Shown here one piece after another: positions 1-8,233 of a stretch of 64,000 bases of DNA. This stretch comes from an uncultured Candidatus Binatia bacterium (GTDB taxonomy: Bacteria > Desulfobacterota > Binatia > UBA9968 > JAJDTQ01). Where the stretch lies: NCBI GenBank assembly GCA_965213675.1, contig OZ243916.1, positions 3,648,001 through 3,712,000 of the forward strand, in the 5' to 3' direction. The notes beneath the pieces were generated by a model. That model ran no database searches. It was not told where the DNA came from and saw only the letters and a list, made by a program, of their open reading frames with translations. Each line of letters starts with the position of its first letter. The first letter of the stretch is position 1. The translations under genes were made by a program, and so were the position numbers.

Positions 1-281
1 CTCTCGAACGGGAGGATGTCCCAGCCCGGAAAGAGGTGCGCGCGGCTGTCGAGGGGCTTGGCCGATTCCGCCTCTCCCAGGAAGAAGCGGAGGTCGCGGA
101 AGAGCGCTTCCGCCTCCTTCACGGTGGGCGACAGCACCAGCAGCGGCCCGTCTAGCCGCCGCGCCGCCAGGAAGACCGCGTAGGCCTTGGCGCTTCCCAG
201 CAAGCCGGAAATGCGCTTCTCGCCGCGCCAGTCCTGGCTCAGGAGTCGGGAGATATTATCGTCGAGTGAAGGGGTCGCCAC
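1..281 (-). CDS. mfd: Transcription-repair coupling factor Mfd, N-terminal part (runs off the window start)
   Basis: Not in the ORF track. Manual translation from GTG at 281 gives MATPSLDDNISRLLSQDWRGEKRISGLLGSAKAYAVFLAARRLDGPLLVLSPTVKEAEALFRDLRFFLG...LFPGWDILPFE, matching the Mfd N-terminal pattern (GLxGSAxA...PxLV...A..L..DL..F...FPxWxxLPY/FE). Confidence 0.85.
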   Translation of the reverse strand, partial: MATPSLDDNISRLLSQDWRGEKRISGLLGSAKAYAVFLAARRLDGPLLVLSPTVKEAEALFRDLRFFLGEAESAKPLDSRAHLFPGWDILPFE

Positions 282-313
282 CGGGTCGGTTACCTTGCGA
301 GGGACGCAAAAGG

Positions 314-343
314 AGTGTAGCTGAAGGGGGGTGGCAGCCGCAA
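314..343 (-). promoter_or_regulatory. Possible sigma70 promoter for mfd
   Basis: The minus strand reads TTGCGG-N18-TACACT about 30 nt upstream of the GTG start. Consensus match only. Confidence 0.3.
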
Positions 344-490
344 CGGCGGGGATACGAAACCCATGCACAGGTCGGGTCCACGGCGCCGGCTCAATGACCG
401 GCGGCGGCTTCCCGCGTTGATTTGTGATCTCCTGATTCCTATGCTTCCTGTTGATGGCTTCACACGCCACGTCCGGCGAGTTGGCACTCC

Positions 491-862
491 ATGACGAAGC
501 AGACAAGCAACGCAGGGCTCAGCCTCGGATTAGAGGCGCAACTCTGGGCCGCCGCCGACAAAAAATCCTCCGCAGATTATGACGCGAATTAACCAGACAC
601 CACACTGGCCGACCCGGAGGACCCCCGCTGGACCTTCGGCGTTCCGCCCGCCGGCAACGCCAACTACGCGTGGCTACAGTATATCCACCACCACCTCGCC
701 CCCAACGGCGCGGCGGAGGTCAAAGACGATGGCGAACCCTTCGAAGACAAGATGAACCGGCCTGCTGCCCGACTGCGCGAGCAGCAGGCCGAGGGCGCGA
801 AGCTCGATGCGGCAATCGTGAAAAACTTTGAACTGCTGGGATTTGGGGGCCAGGAAGAATAA
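491..862 (+). pseudogene. hsdM: Collapsed type I restriction-modification methyltransferase (HsdM) remnant
   Basis: One frame encodes MTKQTSNAGLSLGLEAQLWAAADK (HsdM N-terminus), then a stop at 590-592, then [31 protein letters not shown] (HsdM middle) fused to [15 protein letters not shown]...[24 protein letters not shown] (HsdM C-terminus). The SAM-binding and NPPF motifs are missing. Confidence 0.85.
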
Positions 863-940
863 TCGCGATGGCTTTGTCTCATTATAATCTCCTACGATTC
901 TGACTGGAACGTGGATCGTTGGAATCCAGAGGGTGGCCCA

Positions 941-1633
941 ATGACCGAACGACAATTGAGAACGCAGGATTTCCGGGAACTCCCGACCTATACGATCTCG
1001 GAAGCCGCTCACTACCTCTCCGTACCCGCGACGACCATTCGCTATTGGTCAATGGGCCGAGGCCCGTATGAGCCGCTGATTCAAGTGCCCCCGCACAGGC
1101 CGACGCTGCTCTCCTTCCTCAACCTCACCGAGCTTCACGTGCTCTGCGCGATCCGGCGGGAGCATGGGGTGAAAATGTCGGGTGTTAGAACGGCGATTCA
1201 ATACCTGGCAGCGAACACTAGAGGGACGCTGGACAAACGCCATCCACTGATTAGCCACGATCTCGATACGGATGGACTGGACCTGTTCGTTGAAAAATAC
1301 GGGCAACTGATCAACATCAGCCAAGCGGGTCAAATCGCCATGCGACAGATCATCAGCACGGCGCTTCGCCGGATTGATCGCGACCCCGCTGGCGTGCCGG
1401 TCAAGCTTTATCCGTTCACCCGGAGTTCCACCGGAGATACGCCGGTGATGATCGTTATCGACCCCAAGCTTTCCGCTGGACGTCCTGTCATCGCTGGCAC
1501 CGGCCTTGCTACCGAGCTCATCGCCGAACGCTACAAGGCGGGTGAGTCCATTGCGGTCCTGGCGCGGGATTATGGGCGCGAGAATGCGGAAATCGAAGAA
1601 GCGGTCCGGTGCGAGCTCAAAGCCGCCGCCTGA
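941..1633 (+). CDS. DUF433-domain antitoxin (VapB45/Rv2018-like), N-terminal HTH
   Basis: YTISEAAHYL..PATTIRYW, LLSFLNLTELHVL, HPL, and the C-terminal DUF433 signature IVIDPKLSAGRPVIAGTG...IAERYKAGES...LARDYG...IEEAV. GAGGG RBS precedes ATG 941. Confidence 0.85.
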   Translation: MTERQLRTQDFRELPTYTISEAAHYLSVPATTIRYWSMGRGPYEPLIQVPPHRPTLLSFLNLTELHVLCAIRREHGVKMSGVRTAIQYLAANTRGTLDKRHPLISHDLDTDGLDLFVEKYGQLINISQAGQIAMRQIISTALRRIDRDPAGVPVKLYPFTRSSTGDTPVMIVIDPKLSAGRPVIAGTGLATELIAERYKAGESIAVLARDYGRENAEIEEAVRCELKAAA

Positions 1634-1757
1634 GCCCACGCTATTCCTTGATCGCAACCTCGGGAGGCACATCATTGCGAAATGGCTTCGTGCGGCCGGG
1701 ATGGCAATCGAGGTACATGATGACCATCTTCCCCCGGCGGCGCCGGACGAGGAATAG
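1611..1757 (+). pseudogene. Truncated PIN-like toxin (VapC45/Rv2019-like)
   Basis: Overlaps the antitoxin stop. SSKPPPEPTLFLDRNLGRHIIAKWLRAAGMAIEVHDDHLPPAAPDEE* matches the PIN-like N-terminus (FxDxxLG...PDEEW) and stops at the IS junction. There is no canonical start codon near the expected position (GCG at 1611). Confidence 0.75.
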
Positions 1758-2065
1758 TTTGAGTCAGGCCACCATGGCCGACTCACCGCATTGCCCATAG
1801 AACCGCTCTTCAAGTTCCGCCGGCGGCACATAGCCGATCCCTTCCAGGAATCGGCGGTGGTTGAACCAGTCGACACATTCGAGGGTGGCAAACTCGACTG
1901 CTTCGATGTGGCGCCAGGGACGGCGTTGACGAATCACCTCGGTCTTGTACAAGCCGATGGTGGACTCGGCCAAGGCATTGTCGCAGGAATCCCCGACCCG
2001 GCCCACCGACGGCTCAATCGCAGCCTCAGCCAGGCGCTCGGTGTAGCGGATCGACAGGTACTGGC
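1758..2065 (-). mobile_element. IS3-family transposase OrfB C-terminal fragment
   Basis: QYLSIRYTERLAEAAIEPSVGRVGDSCDNALAESTIGLYKTEVI...WRHIEAVEFATLECVDWFNHRR...IGYVPPAE, a typical IS3 integrase-core tail. No right IR is visible after the stop. Confidence 0.9.
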
Positions 2066-2148
2066 CGGTTTCAAGGGGTCGTCGCAACACGTCCTCGCTG
2101 GTGTAAGAGTAGGAGTTCGTTCAAGGCTTCGGATGGAGTTCTCCACCC
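2066..2148 (-). mobile_element. IS30-family 3' end remnant with right terminus
   Basis: The minus strand encodes GWRTPSEALNELLLLHQRGRVATTP* (IS30 tail LGWxTPxE...VAxTx). It ends GTGTTGCGACGACCCCTTGAAACC, similar to IS30-family right ends. Confidence 0.7.
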
Positions 2149-2226
2149 GCAACTCCGTGTCCTGGTCGTCACCTCCGAGGCCATCATCGCCTCTTGTCAG
2201 ATGTCCGCCAAACCCGGGTAAGACCA
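2149..2226 (-). mobile_element. Probable IS3-family left end
   Basis: The minus strand starts TGGTCTTACCCGGGTTTGGCGGACA (TG-start IS3-type terminal repeat), followed by GGAGG. No OrfA follows. Confidence 0.5.
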
Positions 2227-2362
2227 GGAGTTCTCGAACGGTTCGAGGCGGATGAAGAGACGCCGCTTTCGTGAGGAGAAGGGCTTCCTGGACTTTCGCG
2301 GCGCCGGCGGGGTAAATTGACGCACTCCACTCACGACCACTCCCCACGGAAAAGGACGGATC

Positions 2363-4042
2363 ATGGCGAAGACGAACGCGAGGACCGCGAGCGCGGCGCA
2401 GTCCATACCGGAGCGAGGCTATCCCGACCTCCACGAGCACCTGCAGCGCCTGGATGATGCCGGTCTGCTGGTGCGGGTGGCGCGGCCGGTGGACAAGGAC
2501 CAGGAGATGCACCCGCTGGTGCGCTGGCAGTTCCGGGGCGGCATCAAGGAGCGCGACCGCAAGGCGTTTCTGTTCGAGCAGCCGGTGGACGCCAAGGGCA
2601 AGCATTACGACATTCCGGTGGCCATCGGCGTGCTGGCGGCCAACCGGCGCATCTACCGCATCGGGCTCGGGTGCGGCGAGGATGCGGACATCAACGCGCT
2701 GTGGGCCGGGGCCAAGACCAACCCGGTGGCGCCGGTGGCGATCCCGTCGCCGGCCGCGCCGGTACACGAAGTGGTCTATTCGGGAGCGCAGCTCAAGAGC
2801 CGCGGCAAGGGGGTGGACGGCATCCCGGTGCCCATTTCCTCTCCGGGTTGGGACAACGCGCCCTACGTGAGCGCGGCGCACTTCATCTCGCGCGATCCGG
2901 ACCACGGCGGGCACAACATCGGCACCTACCGCGCCATGATCAAGGCGCGCGACCGGGTGGGCTGCAATCCCTCCATCGAGCTGGGGCAGGGCATCTACCG
3001 GCACTGGGAGAAGTACCGGCAGCGGGGCGAGAAGATGCCGGTGGCGCTGTGCATCGGCGGTGTGCCCGCCATCTCCTACGTGGCGGCGCAGAAGCTCGCC
3101 TACGACCTCGACGAGTTTTCGGTGGCCGGCGGCCTGGTGAAGGCGCCCATCCGGGTGGTGGAAGGGCGCACGGTGCCGGTGATGGTGCCGGCGGACGCGG
3201 AGATCGTCATCGAGGGCTTCGTTTCCACCGAGTGGCTGGAGCCCGAGGCGCCCTTCGGCGAGTCCCACGGCCATGTGAATCCCAAGGAGTACAACCCCTT
3301 TATGGAAGTGACCTGCATCACGCGCCGGCGCGAGGCGGTGTTGTGCTCCATCATCAGCCAGGTGACGCCGTCCGAGTCCAGCGTCATCAAGAAGATGGCC
3401 TACGAGCCCCTCTACCTCGAGCACCTGCGGGACGGCATCGGCGTCAAGAGCGTGGTGCGGGTGATGCTGCACGAGCCGCTCACCGCTACCCAGAAGCTCA
3501 CCGTGATCCAGATGCGCCAGCCCACCCCCGCGGAGGTGTGGCGCGCGCTCATGGGCGCGGTGGCTTTCCGCCCGTCCATGTCCAAGATCGTCATCGCGGT
3601 GGATGAGGACATCGACCCGGACAATCTCGATGCCGTGTTCTGGGCCATGGGCTACCGCTCCAAGCCCCACCGCGACGTGCAGATCATGCACGGCATGGAC
3701 GTGGGCCACGCGCCGCGGCACGACGCCCGCGGCTCCGCCGAGGATTCGTGCCTTCTGTGGGACGCCACCCTGAAGGAGAAGTTGCCGCCGATCTCGTTGC
3801 CCACCCGCGAATACATGGAGCGGGGCCGGAAACTCTGGGAGGAATTGGGTTTGCCGGAGCTGGAGCCCCAGGCGCCGTGGTTCGGCTATTCGCTGGGGGA
3901 CTGGAACGAGGAACTGGAGCAGGAAGCCGCTCTGGCCACCCGCGGCGAGTACTGGAAAACGGGCGCCAAGATCGCGCGCCAGCGCCGCTCCACCAGCGAC
4001 ATCCCGCCCAACACGTCGTTCTACGGCGAGGACGAAGACTAG
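2363..4042 (+). CDS. UbiD-family prFMN-dependent (de)carboxylase
   Basis: DLHEHLQRL..AGLL, NIGTYR, VPADAEIVIEG, EPEAPFGE (EGPFGE-type), KIVIAVDEDID..N..AVFWA, DAT. AAAGGA RBS. Confidence 0.93.
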   Translation: MAKTNARTASAAQSIPERGYPDLHEHLQRLDDAGLLVRVARPVDKDQEMHPLVRWQFRGGIKERDRKAFLFEQPVDAKGKHYDIPVAIGVLAANRRIYRIGLGCGEDADINALWAGAKTNPVAPVAIPSPAAPVHEVVYSGAQLKSRGKGVDGIPVPISSPGWDNAPYVSAAHFISRDPDHGGHNIGTYRAMIKARDRVGCNPSIELGQGIYRHWEKYRQRGEKMPVALCIGGVPAISYVAAQKLAYDLDEFSVAGGLVKAPIRVVEGRTVPVMVPADAEIVIEGFVSTEWLEPEAPFGESHGHVNPKEYNPFMEVTCITRRREAVLCSIISQVTPSESSVIKKMAYEPLYLEHLRDGIGVKSVVRVMLHEPLTATQKLTVIQMRQPTPAEVWRALMGAVAFRPSMSKIVIAVDEDIDPDNLDAVFWAMGYRSKPHRDVQIMHGMDVGHAPRHDARGSAEDSCLLWDATLKEKLPPISLPTREYMERGRKLWEELGLPELEPQAPWFGYSLGDWNEELEQEAALATRGEYWKTGAKIARQRRSTSDIPPNTSFYGEDED

Positions 4043-4081
4043 GCTCCTGGGCGGAGGCGCGATCAAAAGGAACCGTTGCCC

Positions 4082-4987
4082 ATGGATTACAAGACCCTCA
4101 GGTGGGCCGTGCACGACAATCCGCTGCGGGCGGGGGAGCCGTGCATCGGCGTGATCACGCTTGACCGGCCGGACCAGCTCAACGCGGTGGACCCGCTGAT
4201 GCGGCTGGAGCTCGATGCCCTGTGCAACGAGATCGCGCGCAACTCGGTGCTCAAGGTGGTGATCCTCACGGGCGCGGGACGCGGCTTCTGCGCCGGCGGC
4301 GACCTCACCTCGGAGGGCGCGGTGCTCGGCGCGTTCGAGGGCTCCACCGGCATTGAAGGCGCCTACAAGGAGCTGGCCGAGTATTTCCTGAACGATCTGC
4401 GCCACCGGGTGCTGCAAAGCGCCATGCGCAAGCTGGAGGATCTGCCGCAGCCCACCATCGCCGCGGTGAACGGGCCGGCGGTGGGGGTGGGTCTGGAAAT
4501 GACCACCTTGTGCGACATGCGGCTGGCGTCGGAGCGGGCGCGCTTCGGCGAAGTGGCGGTGCCGGCGGGGTTCGTGCCCGAGAGCGGCGGTTCGCGCAAC
4601 CTGCCCAAGCTCGTGGGCATCGGCCGCGCCATGCGCCTGGTCCTGACCGGCGAGATCATCGACGCCGCGGAAGCGCTGCGCATCGGCCTCGTGGACGAAG
4701 TGTTGCCGCACGACGAGCTGATGGAGCAGGCCTTTGCCCTGGCCGGGCGCATCGCCGCCAACCCCTACCTGTCGGTGCGCCACGCCAAGCGGCTGATGAA
4801 GATGTACTGGAACTGGAACCGCACCGACGAGGGCTACCGCGAGGAATTGGAGTCGGTGCTTGAGATCACCCGCACCAAGGACTGCCAGGAGGGCATGCGC
4901 GCCTTCAAGGAGAAACGCCCGCCGCGCTATACCTATCCCTACGACGCGGGCTGGCCCTTTCCGGAGAAGGACGAGAAGAAGGGCTGA
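4082..4987 (+). CDS. Enoyl-CoA hydratase/isomerase (crotonase) family protein
   Basis: ITLDRPDQLNA, GRGFCAGGDL, PTIAAVNGPAVGVG, CDMRLASERARF, IDAAEALRIGLV, EGMRAFKEKRPP. Confidence 0.93.
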   Translation: MDYKTLRWAVHDNPLRAGEPCIGVITLDRPDQLNAVDPLMRLELDALCNEIARNSVLKVVILTGAGRGFCAGGDLTSEGAVLGAFEGSTGIEGAYKELAEYFLNDLRHRVLQSAMRKLEDLPQPTIAAVNGPAVGVGLEMTTLCDMRLASERARFGEVAVPAGFVPESGGSRNLPKLVGIGRAMRLVLTGEIIDAAEALRIGLVDEVLPHDELMEQAFALAGRIAANPYLSVRHAKRLMKMYWNWNRTDEGYREELESVLEITRTKDCQEGMRAFKEKRPPRYTYPYDAGWPFPEKDEKKG

Positions 4988-5048
4988 CGGCGCATCAAAC
5001 CCCGGCGGCTCGCGCGTGGACCCGCGCGGGAGCCTTTGAGCCAATGAA

Positions 5049-6632
5049 GTGAGAGACTCGAAGAGCGCAACCCCGTGGCCGGGCTATCGTGAGATCCCGC
5101 CGCGGCTCAACCTCGCCGGCGAAGCGCTGGAGCGGCCGGTGGCGGCGGGTCACGGCGCGCGCACCGCCATGGTGTGGCGCGGCGGCTCGCTCAGCTACGG
5201 CGCGCTGCGCCGCCGGGTGCATGGTTTCGCCCGGGGCCTCCAGGCGCTGGGAGTGGCTCCGGGAGAGCGGTTGCTGGTGCAGATGCCCAACTCGGTGGAG
5301 TTCGCCACGGCGTTCCTTGCGGCGGTGAAGCTCGGGGTCCTGCCGGTGGTGGTCAACTCGCTTCTGGGCGTGCGCGAAGTCGGCGCCATCCTGGAGCAGA
5401 CCCGCCCCCGTTTCGCCGTCACCGAGGGCTCGCGCGCGCGGGCGTTGCGCGACCTGGGGGCGCCCATGGAGGCCGTGATCTGTGCCGGGGAGGCCCGAGG
5501 CGACGAAATGCCGTTCGACGCCGTGAGCCATGAAGCGCCGGACGATCTCGTCACGCGGGACACCTCGGCGCACGAACCCGCCTTCATGGTCTGCACGTCC
5601 GGCACCACCGGCCGGCCCAAGTGCATCGTTCATGCGCACCGCTGGATCGTGGCGCTGGGGGACCTCAACCGCTACCGCCTGCCGCCCGAGCCGGGCGACG
5701 TGGTGCTGGCCACCGGCGAGTGGAGTTTCATCAGCGCCCTGGGACACAACCTTCTTTTCCCGCTTCGCAACGGGCTCACCTGTGCGGTGCTGGCGGGCCG
5801 GGCCACGCCCGAGAACGTGCTCGAACATTTGGCCGACCTGGGTGTGACGCTGCTCCATTCCGTGGCCACGGTCTACCGCCGGATGCTGGCCGCCCAGGGC
5901 ATGGAGGAGGTTTGCGACATTCATACCCTCCGGGGAGCCCACTCCACTGGCGAAGCGCTTCGCGAAACCACCTATCGCCAGTGGAAAGCGCGCTTCGGCT
6001 GCGAGATGTATGAGCACTACGGGGTGTCCGAGTACCAGCTTGTGGTGGGGCAGGGGGCGCGCCATTCGGTGAAGCCGGGCTCGGTGGGGGTGCCGGCTCC
6101 CGAGGTGGGCATCGACATCGTCGACGATGCCGGCCGCGCCGTGGCCAACGGCGTCGTCGGCCGGACGGTGATTTCCACCTCGGACCCCGGGCTCTTTCTA
6201 GAATACTACGAGGACGCCGGCCGCACGGAGGCGGCCCGCGGGGGCGGGGTCTACGACACCGGAGACCTGGCCTGGCGCGACGACGACGGCTACTTCTTCA
6301 TCGCCGGACGCAGCGACGACTGCTTCAAGACCCGCGGACTGTTTCTCGTCCCCACCGAAGTGGAGAATGCGCTCCAGCGCCATCCCGCGGTGGCCGAGGC
6401 CGTGGTGGTGCCCGAACCTGATCCCGAGATCGGCAACCGCGTGCGCGGCGTGGTGGTGCCGGCGGGCGGATGCGCCCCTACCGCCGCGCTGGCCCAGGCC
6501 TTGCGCGACAGTCTCCGGGAGGAACTGGCGCACTACAAGATTCCGTACCGGATCGATTTCGCCGAAGCGATCCCCAAGAGTCCCGTGGGCAAGATCCTGC
6601 GCGCCGAGGTGGCCAGGGGCCGGTACGCTTGA
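5049..6632 (+). CDS. Acyl/aryl-CoA synthetase (ANL adenylate-forming, benzoate-CoA-ligase-like)
   Basis: TSGTTGRPK P-loop, YGVSE, YDTGD, GRSDD, EVENAL, PKSPVGKI. Confidence 0.92.
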   Translation: MRDSKSATPWPGYREIPPRLNLAGEALERPVAAGHGARTAMVWRGGSLSYGALRRRVHGFARGLQALGVAPGERLLVQMPNSVEFATAFLAAVKLGVLPVVVNSLLGVREVGAILEQTRPRFAVTEGSRARALRDLGAPMEAVICAGEARGDEMPFDAVSHEAPDDLVTRDTSAHEPAFMVCTSGTTGRPKCIVHAHRWIVALGDLNRYRLPPEPGDVVLATGEWSFISALGHNLLFPLRNGLTCAVLAGRATPENVLEHLADLGVTLLHSVATVYRRMLAAQGMEEVCDIHTLRGAHSTGEALRETTYRQWKARFGCEMYEHYGVSEYQLVVGQGARHSVKPGSVGVPAPEVGIDIVDDAGRAVANGVVGRTVISTSDPGLFLEYYEDAGRTEAARGGGVYDTGDLAWRDDDGYFFIAGRSDDCFKTRGLFLVPTEVENALQRHPAVAEAVVVPEPDPEIGNRVRGVVVPAGGCAPTAALAQALRDSLREELAHYKIPYRIDFAEAIPKSPVGKILRAEVARGRYA

Positions 6633-6638
6633 GCGTTT

Positions 6639-6658
6639 GCCGCCCGGCGCCGGGCGGC
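6639..6658. other. Perfect 20-nt GC palindrome/hairpin between the ligase and protease genes
   Basis: GCCGCCCGGCGCCGGGCGGC is self-complementary. There is no U-tract. Confidence 0.5.
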
Positions 6659-6668
6659 GGCGCTGGTG

Positions 6669-7586
6669 ATGGACGCGTCCATGTTCAGCAAAGCCTTTCA
6701 GATCGCCGCGGGCTTCACCCGTCCAGTGGTGATTTCCAGCCGCACGGTCAAGGGCGACTGCCATAGCTCCGTGGGCGCTTACGTGGTGGTCAACCGCGAA
6801 GGCTGGTTCGTCACCGCGGCGCACCTGTTCTCCCTCATCGAGCAGCAACGCGCGGCCGCCGGGACCTTTCGCCAGTATCGCGAGGATGTCCGCGAGCAGG
6901 ACCGTGACGTGGCGTCCATGCGGCTGTACCGCAAGAAGAAGATTCGCCATTTCGAGGTGCCCCGGCCGAAGTCGGTGCGCGACCATTCCGTGTGGTGGGG
7001 GATGGACGGCGTGCAGGCACGGGACGTCCAGGTGGCGGCCGCGGCCGACCTGGCGCTGGGAAGGTTGGAGCCGTTCGATGCCGCAAGCGTCGCCGGCTAT
7101 CCCGTGTTCAAGACCCCCGGCCCGGACTATGCGCCGGGCCGCAGCCTCTGCCGTGTGGGTTTCCCGTTCCATGAAATCGTGCCGGTGTACGACGAAGACA
7201 AGGACGTCTTCGCCCTGCCCAAGGGGTCCGTCCCGTTGCCGCTGTTCCCGCTGGAGGGCATGCTGACACGCATCCTGCTGGCGCGGGCGCCCACGCTGAC
7301 GTCCCAGGCCCAGGCGGGCGAGACCAGTCTGTTCATCGAAACGTCTTCCCCCGGCCTGCGGGGCCAGAGCGGCGGTCCGATCTTCGACACCGAAGGTGTG
7401 GTGTGGGGGCTTCAGTCCCACACCCGGCATCAACCCCTGGGCTTTGCGCCGCAGGTTCCGGGCAGGGGCCACGTGGAGGAGCAGTTTCTCAACACCGGGG
7501 TTGGCGTACACGCAACCCCCATCCTGCAAATGCTGGAGCGATTCGACGTCGCGCACCAGCGCTCCGGATTCGGCTTGACTCGCTGA
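6669..7586 (+). CDS. Trypsin-like (S1/PA clan) serine peptidase, no signal peptide
   Basis: Triad motifs VTAAHL (His), ADLALG (Asp), GQSGGP (Ser). Confidence 0.85.
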   Translation: MDASMFSKAFQIAAGFTRPVVISSRTVKGDCHSSVGAYVVVNREGWFVTAAHLFSLIEQQRAAAGTFRQYREDVREQDRDVASMRLYRKKKIRHFEVPRPKSVRDHSVWWGMDGVQARDVQVAAAADLALGRLEPFDAASVAGYPVFKTPGPDYAPGRSLCRVGFPFHEIVPVYDEDKDVFALPKGSVPLPLFPLEGMLTRILLARAPTLTSQAQAGETSLFIETSSPGLRGQSGGPIFDTEGVVWGLQSHTRHQPLGFAPQVPGRGHVEEQFLNTGVGVHATPILQMLERFDVAHQRSGFGLTR

Positions 7587-7642
7587 TCCACTCTCAATAA
7601 GAGAACAGCTTTGACCCATGACCGTACGACGGAGGTGACAAA

Positions 7643-8056
7643 GTGGCAGGACTGTCTCACAGCTTGATTCACGAAGTGGCCGGCGAGTTGCTGGCGGAGT
7701 TGGCCGGCGAGACCGGGCGGCCGGTGTCCTGGGCGGTGCTCAACGCCCACCGGGAGATGTTGCATTACACGCGCATGGACGGGGCGCCTTACCGCTCCAG
7801 CGTTCTCTCGCACAACAAGGGATACTCGGCGCTGTGGTTCGGGCGGGACTCGGTGGAGATCGAGAAGATGGTGGGCGACCGCGGCATCGCCGCCTACGGC
7901 GATGCGAACCTGACCTCCATCGGCGGCGGCGTCCTCATCAAGGACCGGGACGGCGCCGTGATGGGCGCCGTGGGTGTCAGCGGCCGCACCATGCAGGAAG
8001 ACATCGACGTGGCCGTGCGGCTGATCGACAAGCTGAAGGCGAAGGCGGGCATCTGA
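7643..8056 (+). CDS. GlcG/HbpS (DUF336) heme-binding family protein
   Basis: PVSWAVLN, RMDGA, NKGYSA, GGGVLI...GAVGVSG...DID. GGAGG RBS. Confidence 0.85.
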   Translation: MAGLSHSLIHEVAGELLAELAGETGRPVSWAVLNAHREMLHYTRMDGAPYRSSVLSHNKGYSALWFGRDSVEIEKMVGDRGIAAYGDANLTSIGGGVLIKDRDGAVMGAVGVSGRTMQEDIDVAVRLIDKLKAKAGI

Positions 8057-8143
8057 GGGTATGGCGCACGCATCGTCAGACTCCGAAGACCGCGGCTCGA
8101 AACCGTGGATTCAGGCGCCGGGCCGCGCGCTGCCGAGGTTCGG

Positions 8144-8167
8144 GCGCCAACCCGTTGGGGTTGGCGC
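8144..8167. other. 10-bp perfect stem-loop in the intergenic region
   Basis: GCGCCAACCC-GTTG-GGGTTGGCGC. There is no U-tract. Confidence 0.45.
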
Positions 8168-8233
8168 TGCGTCCCCCGGCCGTTCTCGGGTCGGCGTCAT
8201 CCGGACCGGGACGGCTCAAGGGAGGGAATCAAG

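Noticed and set aside
290-487. Small ORF or structured ncRNA between mfd and the hsdM relic
   Set aside because: No recognisable RNA family or protein motif. It is most simply a divergent promoter region.
1934-5044. 1036-aa minus-strand ORF and similar long ORFs opposite the metabolic genes (14758-16752, 19929-21866, 22487-24529, 23968-26349)
   Set aside because: They overlap well-supported genes on the other strand or frame, have no motifs, and are expected at this GC content.
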